A DNA stretch of 64,000 nt from Epithemia pelagica (lineage: Eukaryota; Protista; Bacillariophyta): the NCBI GenBank assembly GCA_946965045.2, contig OX337234.1:806001-870000 (forward strand), read 5' to 3'. The notes below the pieces were generated by a model, which saw nothing but the letters and a program-made list of their open reading frames with translations, was not told the origin of the DNA and did not search any database. Positions 11,101-23,437 of the stretch are shown here, piece by piece. Numbering within the stretch: the first letter of the stretch is position 1; each line of letters starts with the position of its first letter. Both the position numbers and the translations under genes were made by a program.

Positions 11101-11682
11101 TAACTCCATCGTTTTGTTCAAAGATAGAGCCACTTGCTATTCACACTATTGTTAGAACTTGACGCAGTAGGCAGTTCCAGTCAAACTGTGATAGTGGACA
11201 GCTACTACCGGCAACAAGAATAGCAACAAGTCGGTCACCATTCGGTCCAACTATAGTGACCTGGGTATGCGTGATTTGCCGATGCTCATGGCGGACACTC
11301 AATCGGCACGTCGTCCACTACGGGGTTGGGCGTCACATTCACCAAGGAAGCAGGGTCAGGAGAAGCCTGGATTGAAGCCGGACCCCCGAATCGAGGTGCC
11401 AGTTCTTCGAGATCGACCCTTCCTTGGCCAAGCTAGGATTCAATCAAGCTACCTAGGTAGTATCCATGCCCAGATAGGGGGGATTGAGGTCTTTTGATTC
11501 CTTCATTACAATCGATTTCAGTGTTTTGAGTACATAGGCCAATTTTATTACCGAAATAGTGGGAACTTGATCTAACGACCCGGATACGTCGAACCAATTT
11601 ATCATTTTGCGTTCCAACGGCCACTACATGTAGAGAACTGCAATCTGCATTCTTGCCCTCAGTAGAGAAGCTGCTGCTACTA

Positions 11683-13086
11683 CTAGGAACGAATCGATCC
11701 ACCTCGTCTTGCATAAATGGTAAAGTAACCCTCTGGAATACCATTCTGTTGCTGCTTTGATGATCTCTTGTGGTTATCCACTCGCTTTGGAGCTTCTTCG
11801 TCGTAGAAGACAACCCGCCTGGGACTCCCGCTGGTCAACGACCCCAAGAAAGGCTCTTCTTCAAATCGGACGAGCTCGCATGGACTAAAACAAACAGTTT
11901 CCTCAATGCCATAGAGATGTCGAATTCCCATTGATTTCAAAGTAGTGAGACTTACAACAAAGAATGGCTTGTGTTCCCAGGAGTTTTGGATGAGAAACTC
12001 TAAATCTCCATTCACGAGACGAACGCCCACGACAAGAACGGCATGGTTGGGGTTGAGAAACTGTGCGGACTGTTCCTCATGCCACGGCGCGCGAAATAGC
12101 AAATCGTCACTGTCGATAAGCTCTTGTGTGACCTTCAATCCCTCAATCATGTATGCACCGTTTGTCTGCAGTGTCTCTGAGAAAAGGTCAAAGAGCGTAT
12201 GAGCTTTGCCAAGGAAAATTGGAAACTCATGGACGACCTTTTTGTCGGGATTCTGTTCCTGCAGGAGTCTTTTGGCATGAGGCTCTAAATGGCCACCGTC
12301 GCCGCGAAAGATATTGGAAAAGATCTCTTTGGGGGAGAATCTGTTCCGCATGTACCGACACACATTGATGTGTTTGTACTTTGGCTCTTTCTCCACAACA
12401 TCATCCGAGGAGCTAGTTCTTTTCTTTACTCGTTGAAGTTCGCCCAAGTAGTAAATGGCGTTCGCCACCACGACAGCGTAGCAGATCGTTGAGTCTTGTC
12501 GCTGGTATCGGAGAAAGGGTTTGACACCTTCATCAAAAAGGGTTACCTTGGTTTCGGATTTTTCGGTACCCCATTCTGGATGGCGTTGAAGAAAGTCTGC
12601 AAATTTCGAATGACCAGAATCACCAGAGTCTTCTTCGTCGCCTTTCTTCCGGACAAAGGCATCAAGTCTCTTTCCAAATGCAGACTCGGGATCCATTACA
12701 GCGTCGATGAGATTTTGGAATATACAGTTTGGGTCTTTTTGAACTAGTTCAGGCTGCTTCTTGAGCAGGAGGAACGCTGCCTTGACCTTTTGGATTCCGG
12801 TGAGTGTGCTCCATTCATGGCGACTAGCAAGAGAATTCCATTCGACAGCTATAGCGTGAATAGGACGGTCCGATAACTTTGCTTGGGGAGGTGTACATTT
12901 GTTCTGCTGAAAGAGGTCGTGGACCGTCTTTAGTCGAGTCTTTGGAGACTGAATACTTCCCGTCGTCTCTTCTTCCTCGTCAGCCTCGGTGGACGCCGTT
13001 ACACTTTGAAGATCGGGAATATCCTCAAACTTGCTCCAGTCCATACTCTCAACAGTCTCGTGATTGTTGATGGCTTCTTGACTCAT
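11683..13086 (-). CDS. Papain-fold cysteine protease, 467 aa, type B, unit 3
   Basis: Intact ORF with the same protein as unit 2; TIR element 150 bp upstream of the ATG. Confidence 0.88.
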   Translation of the reverse strand: MSQEAINNHETVESMDWSKFEDIPDLQSVTASTEADEEEETTGSIQSPKTRLKTVHDLFQQNKCTPPQAKLSDRPIHAIAVEWNSLASRHEWSTLTGIQKVKAAFLLLKKQPELVQKDPNCIFQNLIDAVMDPESAFGKRLDAFVRKKGDEEDSGDSGHSKFADFLQRHPEWGTEKSETKVTLFDEGVKPFLRYQRQDSTICYAVVVANAIYYLGELQRVKKRTSSSDDVVEKEPKYKHINVCRYMRNRFSPKEIFSNIFRGDGGHLEPHAKRLLQEQNPDKKVVHEFPIFLGKAHTLFDLFSETLQTNGAYMIEGLKVTQELIDSDDLLFRAPWHEEQSAQFLNPNHAVLVVGVRLVNGDLEFLIQNSWEHKPFFVVSLTTLKSMGIRHLYGIEETVCFSPCELVRFEEEPFLGSLTSGSPRRVVFYDEEAPKRVDNHKRSSKQQQNGIPEGYFTIYARRGGSIRS

Positions 13087-13235
13087 TGTGTAATACTTTC
13101 GGTCCTGATCAATATATGAAAAGCAAGAACTCAGACCGTGGACAAAGTTCTACCTTAGTTGTCTTCTTGTGATTTTGGGACTGTGAGAGGCGTTTCGCAG
13201 TTTCGTTTTCGATCGTGGAGGAACACATTGCGCTG

Positions 13236-13712
13236 CTATGGGTCCCAACGCAGTAGAGCCTACGTAATTTTTCCTAGTACATGACGTCACGTTTGGCATC
13301 AAGTTTGTCGCGGTGTATCGTGGCTTCACCATGGCATGCCTTCCGTCAATCTGTTATGGTCCATAACTATCTTCGTTTTCTTATCCCTCGCAAAGATCCG
13401 TTCTATTCGTTCTATTTGTTTGATTGCTACGAGGGATAAGAAAAACTCCTTGTCCTTGTGCCACAAAGCCTGATCGTAAAAGGTCCCCTCGTCGTTGCTC
13501 TCAGAAGCGCAAGGAGCGCGCAACAACACCAATCGAGCGAACCGAGTCCCTAGCGCTAGTGACTAACCTAGATCTACCGTTGTAATAGAAATGGAGAGAT
13601 GAAAATCGTACAGAAAAATCCGCCATGGTCAAATTAGTCTGATGGTAACGTTCATTTGCACCAGTGCAATGGTTGAAATTCCACGTGTAAAGCACGGCGT
13701 TGGGACCCATAG
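13236..13712. mobile_element. Non-autonomous TIR DNA transposon (MITE-like, 477 bp), possibly PIF/Harbinger superfamily
   Basis: Perfect 15-bp TIRs CTATGGGTCCCAACG (13236-13250) and CGTTGGGACCCATAG (13698-13712). CTG is duplicated at 13233-13235 and 13713-13715. The empty site CGCTGCGGGA is present in all other units. Confidence 0.95.
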
Positions 13713-16700
13713 CTGCGGGATTAGACTCTCGGAATCGAACGACGTGCAGGCGCGTTTACGCTCCCCCTTTTGTTGTTGTGAGCCACACAAAACGGCGATC
13801 GATTTCCTAGTAAAGGTAGATCCATGGAACGCTAGGCGGACCTGACTGGAATTTTCAAAGCAATAAAAGGTATACTGTAGCGGTCCATTCCTTTGCTGTT
13901 TTTATGTTGTTTCCTGTTCTTCTTCTTCTTCTTGTGATTGTTTGCATTGGGCCAGATGCTCTTGCAACTTCACGAGGCAATTGGCGGCCTGGAGATAGGA
14001 TTGCAAACACGCACGAGCCTCTTGTTGCGCCCGATGCAATTCCTTGGGTGGCAAAGCTCCCGCCAACAATTCCAAAGGATCCATCAAGCCATTGGGAGAA
14101 AAAGAGGAAGCCAATGACGACGACGACGACACGGGTGGTTGAGACTCGGACTTGGCGGGTTCTTCCTCTGTTTCAGTCACAACCAACATTATTCCAGGAG
14201 TGGTTGTAGTCTTGTGGTCCGTTGTGCCCTTGTTTCGTCGTCGTTGTCGCAATCCTGTTTGTTCGGTGGGAGCATGGATTCGTCGGCTTGGTTCGCTTCT
14301 TCTACTGCTTCTTCACGATGCAAGTCGGGAATGTCACCATCCGTTTTCGTTTGTTTCGTGGTTCGTTCCGCCTTGGTTACTGTGATTGTGGTTGTTTGAG
14401 TGGTGGTCGTTGGTCCAGATCAAGGAGACATGAGTCGTGGTGGTGCCTGGTGCGTCTTGTTGTGTATTATTCTTGTTGTGATCTGTAGTCGCACATGGAG
14501 GCGAGTGGACTTTCCCATCGTACATTGGAAGCGGTGCAGTAGGATTCCATGGCCAATAGTGCAGTAGCTGTAACCGAGAAAGACAGCACAGGTGTCGTTG
14601 ATCTCCAAAGTTTTTTTCCCAATGAGCGTCTGTAGCCGACGGAAGTTTGAGTGTGGTGATGGCTTATCGACTTGTGCACCCCAAAATACCGTCTTGAAAT
14701 TCCGGTAATGTTGAGCAGAAAGATGTCAAGCCTGCGACAACACCCACAGTCAACAAGCGATTTGACAGGCGTCAAAACACATGAGACAACCGCATCTCCA
14801 ATGTCGTATAAGACATCCGGGCAAAATAATGCGTCTGGTCATGATCGCCTGTGTTTTGACCCTCAAAGCCAACCCGAAATGCCCAGGTATCAAAAGCACT
14901 CGGTATCTTTAAATCATGGTTGAAAGCCTTTTTTCTCTTGAACTTCCTGTGGCCTTGTCGCTCGGGTAGGTGCCAGCTACAGTTAGGACGACAACAGCAT
15001 GCGGAGAGCTGCAAATGTCCAATACGGTTAGCGTGGAGGCCTCAGAACCATTCTGTGCACACAAAATAGATGGCCTCCCGTTTCAAAATAGTGAAAACCG
15101 TCACCTAGAACGATTCTAATATCACAATTCGAAAATCAGCAACACAACCGATTGGAATACCGCCTTCGTAGACTTGGCCAAACGCGTAGGGGAGCAAACA
15201 AGAGGAGCAAAGCTGCCAAACATTTTGTGGACCCTGATCGTTGCCCTCATCGCTGGATAGATGCTTTGAGCAGATCGTGCATCTTTATTTCGGCACTCTG
15301 CTGCTTCTGTCGTTGTCGCTTGCATATTCCATGACTGAATGGGCTTGATGCATGCTCTCACTCTTTCAGGTGCAACGACCAAAAGGTCTTTGCTGTTCAA
15401 CGTCAGTCCGTCGTCTCGGCTTTAGTAATCCAACTGTAACTGTGGGCAATGAGATATTCTTGATTGGAGCAAGGACAATGATCAACAGCAAACGTCGGTC
15501 ACGCAGTGATCATAACGATAGCCCAGGTGCGTTGAAGAAAGATAGTCGGTTTGGAAAGTATTACAAAATGAAGTCTGTTGGTCTATACCTGAAGGAGCCC
15601 TTCGCAATGTCATGACTCGAGACAGTGTAGACCTTGATTGGGAGAAGAACTATGAAGACCACATATCGAAGCCCGCATGTGATTCCATGGATGGTCCTGC
15701 CTAAAAGATAACGAACGATTCTCAAAGTTAATCTGTAGGTTTACCGGACGGTGCCGCAATTAACGCAATGACAAGGGAAGATGTTGACTCGAGGGCTCTG
15801 GAATTAGACTGGGACAAGAAATATGAAGCAAAACACTGGAAGAGGAAATCTGTTGGCTTACCCGACGGATGTTGTGATATGAGAGAGCTTGGATTTAGAA
15901 CGTCAATTCTAGGCGACAGCGTTGGAGAAAAAGACCAGTGTGCTACAATATTTGGTCAAGTTGGGATGAAAAACGATGAAGAGCTCCTCAAGTTCAGGAA
16001 AGATCTAGAGCATGCGAAAAAAACCCAAGTCTGTACTCATGGCAGCGATTTCATCGAAGGCTGAGACACAATAAGATGCTTCAAACAACGGAAAGCCGGA
16101 TTGATGGCTGCAAAAGCATCTAAAGGGCAACCCAAAGATGTCAAGCCCTCCGATGGGGAAAATCCGGATTGATGGCAGCGATTGCTGCAAAAAGGTCCCA
16201 AAACGACAATGACTCTAACGACTAAGGAGGGAGATCTGGATTGATGGTGGCCATTGCCGTCTTGGTGCCGAAGAATGACACCGCAGATGCTAACAATGAT
16301 GGAGCAGGATTGGTTGGCTGCAAATGCCGCCAGAGCGCCATATCATGAGAGCACCAAGAATGACAAAGCGGGATTGATGGCCGCGATTTCCAACAAGGCA
16401 CCGAAAAATACCAGTAACTCGAATGACAGAGGAGGAAGAGCTGCCTTAGTGGCCACCAAGGGGCCGAAGAATGAAATGTTCCAGTCTTAGTTAACCAACT
16501 ACTTGGAGAAACTCGTGTTGTAACTCCATCGTTTTGTTCAAAGATAGAGCCACTTGCTATTCACACTATTGTTAGAACTTGACGCAGTAGGCAGTTCCAG
16601 TCAAACTGTGATAGTGGACAGCTACTACCGGCAACAAGAATAGCAACAAGTCGGTCACCATTCGGTCCAACTATAGTGACCTGGGTATGCGTGATTTGCC

Positions 16701-17102
16701 GATGCTCATGGCGGACACTCAATCGGCACGTCGTCCACTACGGGGTTGGGCGTCACATTCACCAAGGAAGCAGGGTCAGGAGAAGCCTGGATTGAAGCCG
16801 GACCCCCGAATCGAGGTGCCAGTTCTTCGAGATCGACCCTTCCTTGGCCAAGCTAGGATTCAATCAAGCTACCTAGGTAGTATCCATGCCCAGATAGGGG
16901 GGATTGAGGTCTTTTGATTCCTTCATTACAATCGATTTCAGTGTTTTGAGTACATAGGCCAATTTTATTACCGAAATAGTGGGAACTTGATCTAACGACC
17001 CGGATACGTCGAACCAATTTATCATTTTGCGTTCCAACGGCCACTACATGTAGAGAACTGCAATCTGCATTCTTGCCCTCAGTAGAGAAGCTGCTGCTAC
17101 TA

Positions 17103-18497
17103 CTAGGAACGAATCGATCCACCTCGTCTTGCATAAATGGTAAAGTAACCCTCTGGAATACCATTCTGTTGCTGCTTTGATGATCTCTTGTGGTTATCCA
17201 CTCGCTTTGGAGCTTCTTCGTCGTAGAAGACAACCCGCCTGGGACTCCCGCTGGTCAACGACCCCAAGAAAGGCTCTTCTTCAAATCGGACGAGCTCGCA
17301 TGGACTAAAACAAACAGTTTCCTCAATGCCATAGAGATGTCGAATTCCCATTGATTTCAAAGTAGTGAGACTTACAACAAAGAATGGCTTGTGTTCCCAG
17401 GAGTTTTGGATGAGAAACTCTAAATCTCCATTCACGAGACGAACGCCCACGACAAGAACGGCATGGTTGGGGTTGAGAAACTGTGCGGACTGTTCCTCAT
17501 GCCACGGCGCGCGAAATAGCAAATCGTCACTGTCGATAAGCTCTTGTGTGACCTTCAATCCCTCAATCATGTATGCACCGTTTGTCTGCAGTGTCTCTGA
17601 GAAAAGGTCAAAGAGCGTATGAGCTTTGCCAAGGAAAATTGGAAACTCATGGACGACCTTTTTGTCGGGATTCTGTTCCTGCAGGAGTCTTTTGGCATGA
17701 GGCTCTAAATGGCCACCGTCGCCGCGAAAGATATTGGAAAAGATCTCTTTGGGGGAGAATCTGTTCCGCATGTACCGACACACATTGATGTGTTTGTACT
17801 TTGGCTCTTTCTCCACAACATCATCCGAGGAGCTAGTTCTTTTCTTTACTCGTTGAAGTTCGCCCAAGTAGTAAATGGCGTTCGCCACCACGACAGCGTA
17901 GCAGATCGTTGAGTCTTGTCGCTGGTATCGGAGAAAGGGTTTGACACCTTCATCAAAAAGGGTTACCTTGGTTTCGGATTTTTCGGTACCCCATTCTGGA
18001 TGGCGTTGAAGAAAGTCTGCAAATTTCGAATGACCAGAATCACCAGAGTCTTCTTCGTCGCCTTTCTTCCGGACAAAGGCATCAAGTCTCTTTCCAAATG
18101 CAGACTCGGGATCCATTACAGCGTCGATGAGATTTTGGAATATACAGTTTGGGTCTTTTTGAACTAGTTCAGGCTGCTTCTTGAGCAGGAGGAACGCTGC
18201 CTTGACCTTTTGGATTCCGGTGAGTGTGCTCCATTCATGGCGACTAGCAAGAGAATTCCATTCGACAGCTATTGCGTGAATAGGACGGTCCGATAACTTT
18301 GCTTGGGGAGGTGTACATTTGTTCTGCTGAAAGAGGTCGTGGACCGTCTTTAGTCGAGTCTTTGGAGACTGAATACTTCCCGTCGTCTCTTCTTCCTCGG
18401 TGGACGCCGTTACACTTTGAAGATCGGGAATATCCTCAAACTTGCTCCAGTCCATACTCTCAACAGTCTCGTGATTGTTGATGGCTTCTTGACTCAT
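17103..18497 (-). CDS. Papain-fold cysteine protease, 464 aa, type B with 9-bp in-frame deletion, unit 4
   Basis: Intact ORF; TEADEEEE becomes TEEEE. Confidence 0.88.
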   Translation of the reverse strand: MSQEAINNHETVESMDWSKFEDIPDLQSVTASTEEEETTGSIQSPKTRLKTVHDLFQQNKCTPPQAKLSDRPIHAIAVEWNSLASRHEWSTLTGIQKVKAAFLLLKKQPELVQKDPNCIFQNLIDAVMDPESAFGKRLDAFVRKKGDEEDSGDSGHSKFADFLQRHPEWGTEKSETKVTLFDEGVKPFLRYQRQDSTICYAVVVANAIYYLGELQRVKKRTSSSDDVVEKEPKYKHINVCRYMRNRFSPKEIFSNIFRGDGGHLEPHAKRLLQEQNPDKKVVHEFPIFLGKAHTLFDLFSETLQTNGAYMIEGLKVTQELIDSDDLLFRAPWHEEQSAQFLNPNHAVLVVGVRLVNGDLEFLIQNSWEHKPFFVVSLTTLKSMGIRHLYGIEETVCFSPCELVRFEEEPFLGSLTSGSPRRVVFYDEEAPKRVDNHKRSSKQQQNGIPEGYFTIYARRGGSIRS

Positions 18498-21400
18498 TGT
18501 GTAATACTTTCGGTCCTGATCAATATATGAAAAGCAAGAACTCAGACCGTGGACAAAGTTCTACCTTAGTTGTCTTCTTGTGATTTTGGGACTGTGAGAG
18601 GCGTTTCGCAGTTTCGTTTTCGATCGTGGAGGAACACATTGCGCTGCGGGATTAGACTCTCGGAATCGAACGACGTGCAGGCGCGTTTACGCTCCCCCTT
18701 TTGTTGTTGTGAGCCACACAAAACGGCGATCGATTTCCTAGTAAAGGTAGATCCATGGAACGCTAGGCGGACCTGACTGGAATTTTCAAAGCAATAAAAG
18801 GTATACTGTAGCGGTCCATTCCTTTGCTGTTTTTATGTTGTTTCCTGTTCTTCTTCTTCTTCTTGTGATTGTTTGCATTGGGCCAGATGCTCTTGCAACT
18901 TCACGAGGCAATTGGCGGCCTGGAGATAGGATTGCAAACACGCACGAGCCTCTTGTTGCGCCCGATGCAATTCCTTGGGTGGCAAAGCTCCCGCCAACAA
19001 TTCCAAAGGATCCATCAAGCCGTTGGGAGAAAAAGAGGAAGCCAATGACGACGACGACGACACGGGTGGTTGAGACTCGGACTTGGCGGGTTCTTCCTCT
19101 GTTTCAGTCACAACCAACATTATTCCAGGAGTGGTTGTAGTCTTGTGGTCCGTTGTGCCCTTGTTTCGTCGTCGTTGTCGCAATCCTGTTTGTTCGGTGG
19201 GAGCATGGATTCGTCGGCTTGGTTCGCTTCTTCTACTGCTTCTTCACGATGCAAGTCGGGAATGTCACCATCCGTTTTCGTTTGTTTCGTGGTTCGTTCC
19301 GCCTTGGTTACTGTGATTGTGGTTGTTTGAGTGGTGGTCGTTGGTCCAGATCAAGGAGACATGAGTCGTGGTGGTGCCTGGTGCGTCTTGTTGTGTATTA
19401 TTCTTGTTGTGATCTGTAGTCGCACATGGAGGCGAGTGGACTTTCCCATCGTACATTGGAAGCGGTGCAGTAGGATTCCATGGCCAATAGTGCAGTAGCT
19501 GTAACCGAGAAAGACGGCACAGGTGTCGTTGATCTCCAAAGTTTTTTTCCCAATGAGCGTCTGTAGCCGACGGAAGTTTGAGTGTGGTGATGGCTTATCG
19601 ACTTGTGCACCCCAAAATACCGTCTTGAAATTCCGGTAATGTTGAGCAGAAAGATGTCAAGCCTGCGACAACACCCACAGTCAACAAGCGATTTGACAGG
19701 CGTCAAAACACATGAGACAACCGCATCTCCAATGTCGTATAAGACATCCGGGCAAAATAATGCGTCTGGTCATGATCGCCTGTGTTTTGACCCTCAAAGC
19801 CAACCCGAAATGCCCAGGTATCAAAAGCACTCGGTATCTTGAAATCATGGTTGAAAGCCTTTTTTCTCTTGAACTTCCTGTGGCCTTGTCGCTCGGGTAG
19901 GTGCCAGCTACAGTTAGGACGACAACAGCATGCGGAGAGCTGCAAATGTCCAATACGGTTAGCGTGGAGGCCTCAGAACCATTCTGTGCACACAAAATAG
20001 ATGGCCTCCCGTTTCAAAATAGTGAAAACCGTCACCTAGAACGATTCTAATATCACAATTCGAAAATCAGCAACACAACCGATTGGAATACCGCCTTCGT
20101 AGACTTGGCCAAACGCGAAGGGGAGCAAACAAGAGGAGCAAAGCTGCCAAACATTTTGTGGACCCTGATCGTTGCCCTCATCGCTGGATAGATGCTTTGA
20201 GCAGATCGTGCATCTTTATTTCGGCACTCTGCTGCTTCTGTCGTTGTCGCTTGCATATTCCATGACTGAATGGGCTTGATGCATGCTCTCACTCTTTCAG
20301 GTGCAACGACCAAAAGGTCTTTGCTGTTCAACGTCAGTCCGTCGTCTCGGCTTTAGTAATCCAACTGTAACTGTGGGCAATGAGATATTCTTGATTGGAG
20401 CAAGGACAATGATCAACAGCAAACGTCGGTCACGCAGTGATCATAACGATAGCCCAGGTGCGTTGAAGAAAGATAGTCGGTTTGGAAAGTATTACAAAAT
20501 GAAGTCTGTTGGTCTATACCTGAAGGAGCCCTTCGCAATGTCATGACTCGAGACAGTGTAGACCTTGATTGGGAGAAGAACTATGAAGACCACATATCGA
20601 AGCCCGCATGTGATTCCATGGATGGTCCTGCCTAAAAGATAACGAATGATTCTCAAAGTTAATCTGTAGGTTTACCGGACGGTGCCGCAATTAACGCAAT
20701 GACAAGGGAAGATGTTGACCCGAGGGCTCTGGAATTAGACTGGGACAAGAAATATGAAGCAAAACACTGGAAGAGGAAATCTGTTGGCTTACCCGACGGA
20801 TGTTGTGATATGAGAGAGCTTGGATTTAGAACGTCAATTCTAGGCGACAGCGTTGGAGAAAAAGACCAGTGTGCTACAATATTTGGTCAAGTTGGGATGA
20901 AAAACGATGAAGAGCTCCTCAAGTTCAGGAAAGATCTAGAGCATGCGAAAAAAACCCAAGTCTGTACTCATGGCAGCGATTTCATCGAAGGCTGAGACAC
21001 AATAAGATGCTTCAAACAACGGAAAGCCGGATTGATGGCTGCAAAAGCATCTAAAGGGCAACCCAAAGATGTCAAGCCCTCCGATGGGGAAAATCCGGAT
21101 TGATGGCAGCGATTGCTGCAAAAAGGTCCCAAAACGACAATGACTCTAACGACTAAGGAGGGAGATCTGGATTGATGGTGGCCATTGCCGTCTTGGTGCC
21201 GAAGAATGACACCGCAGATGCTAACAATGATGGAGCAGGATTGGTTGGCTGCAAATGCCGCCAGAGCGCCATATCATGAGAGCACCAAGAATGACAAAGC
21301 GGGATTGATGGCCGCGATTTCCAACAAGGCACCGAAAAATACCAGTAACTCGAATAACAGAGGAGGAAGAGCTGCCTTAGTGGCCACCAAGGGGCCGAAG

Positions 21401-22033
21401 AATGAAATGTTCCAGTCTTAGTTAACCAACTACTTGGAGAAACTCGTGTTGTAACTCCATCGTTTTGTTCAAAGATAGAGCCACTTGCTATTCACACTAT
21501 TGTTAGAACTTGACGCAGTAGGCAGTTCCAGTCAAACTGTGATAGTGGACAGCTACTACCGGCAACAAGAATAGCAACAAGTCGGTCACCATTCGGTCCA
21601 ACTATAGTGACCTGGGTATGCGTGATTTGCCGATGCTCATGGCGGACACTCAATCGGCACGTCGTCCACTACGGGGTTGGGCGTCACATTCACCAAGGAA
21701 GCAGGGTCAGGAGAAGCCTGGATTGAAGCCGGACCCCCGAATCGAGGTGCCAGTTCTTCGAGATCGACCCTTCCTTGGCCAAGCTAGGATTCAATCAAGC
21801 TACCTAGGTAGTATCCATGCCCAGATAGGGGGGATTGAGGTCTTTTGATTCCTTCATTACAATCGATTTCAGTGTTTTGAGTACATAGGCCAATTTTATT
21901 ACCGAAATAGTGGGAACTTGATCTAACGACCCGGATACGTCGAACCAATTTATCATTTTGCGTTCCAACGGCCACTACATGTAGAGAACTGCAATCTGCA
22001 TTCTTGCCCTCAGTAGAGAAGCTGCTGCTACTA

Positions 22034-23437
22034 CTAGGAACGAATCGATCCACCTCGTCTTGCATAAATGGTAAAGTAACCCTCTGGAATACCATTCTGT
22101 TGCTGCTTTGATGATCTCTTGTGGTTATCCACTCGCTTTGGAGCTTCTTCGTCGTAGAAGACAACCCGCCTGGGACTCCCGCTGGTCAACGACCCCAAGA
22201 AAGGCTCTTCTTCAAATCGGACGAGCTCGCATGGACTAAAACAAACAGTTTCCTCAATGCCATAGAGATGTCGAATTCCCATTGATTTCAAAGTAGTGAG
22301 ACTTACAACAAAGAATGGCTTGTGTTCCCAGGAGTTTTGGATGAGAAACTCTAAATCTCCATTCACGAGACGAACGCCCACGACAAGAACGGCATGGTTG
22401 GGGTTGAGAAACTGTGCGGACTGTTCCTCATGCCACGGCGCGCGAAATAGCAAATCGTCACTGTCGATAAGCTCTTGTGTGACCTTCAATCCCTCAATCA
22501 TGTATGCACCGTTTGTCTGCAGTGTCTCTGAGAAAAGGTCAAAGAGCGTATGAGCTTTGCCAAGGAAAATTGGAAACTCATGGACGACCTTTTTGTCGGG
22601 ATTCTGTTCCTGCAGGAGTCTTTTGGCATGAGGCTCTAAATGGCCACCGTCGCCGCGAAAGATATTGGAAAAGATCTCTTTGGGGGAGAATCTGTTCCGC
22701 ATGTACCGACACACATTGATGTGTTTGTACTTTGGCTCTTTCTCCACAACATCATCCGAGGAGCTAGTTCTTTTCTTTACTCGTTGAAGTTCGCCCAAGT
22801 AGTAAATGGCGTTCGCCACCACGACAGCGTAGCAGATCGTTGAGTCTTGTCGCTGGTATCGGAGAAAGGGTTTGACACCTTCATCAAAAAGGGTTACCTT
22901 GGTTTCGGATTTTTCGGTACCCCATTCTGGATGGCGTTGAAGAAAGTCTGCAAATTTCGAATGACCAGAATCACCAGAGTCTTCTTCGTCGCCTTTCTTC
23001 CGGACAAAGGCATCAAGTCTCTTTCCAAATGCAGACTCGGGATCCATTACAGCGTCGATGAGATTTTGGAATATACAGTTTGGGTCTTTTTGAACTAGTT
23101 CAGGCTGCTTCTTGAGCAGGAGGAACGCTGCCTTGACCTTTTGGATTCCGGTGAGTGTGCTCCATTCATGGCGACTAGCAAGAGAATTCCATTCGACAGC
23201 TATAGCGTGAATAGGACGGTCCGATAACTTTGCTTGGGGAGGTGTACATTTGTTCTGCTGAAAGAGGTCGTGGACCGTCTTTAGTCGAGTCTTTGGAGAC
23301 TGAATACTTCCCGTCGTCTCTTCTTCCTCGTCAGCCTCGGTGGACGCCGTTACACTTTGAAGATCGGGAATATCCTCAAACTTGCTCCAGTCCATACTCT
23401 CAACAGTCTCGTGATTGTTGATGGCTTCTTGACTCAT
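22034..23437 (-). CDS. Papain-fold cysteine protease, 467 aa, type B, unit 5
   Basis: Intact ORF with catalytic motifs. Confidence 0.88.
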   Translation of the reverse strand: MSQEAINNHETVESMDWSKFEDIPDLQSVTASTEADEEEETTGSIQSPKTRLKTVHDLFQQNKCTPPQAKLSDRPIHAIAVEWNSLASRHEWSTLTGIQKVKAAFLLLKKQPELVQKDPNCIFQNLIDAVMDPESAFGKRLDAFVRKKGDEEDSGDSGHSKFADFLQRHPEWGTEKSETKVTLFDEGVKPFLRYQRQDSTICYAVVVANAIYYLGELQRVKKRTSSSDDVVEKEPKYKHINVCRYMRNRFSPKEIFSNIFRGDGGHLEPHAKRLLQEQNPDKKVVHEFPIFLGKAHTLFDLFSETLQTNGAYMIEGLKVTQELIDSDDLLFRAPWHEEQSAQFLNPNHAVLVVGVRLVNGDLEFLIQNSWEHKPFFVVSLTTLKSMGIRHLYGIEETVCFSPCELVRFEEEPFLGSLTSGSPRRVVFYDEEAPKRVDNHKRSSKQQQNGIPEGYFTIYARRGGSIRS

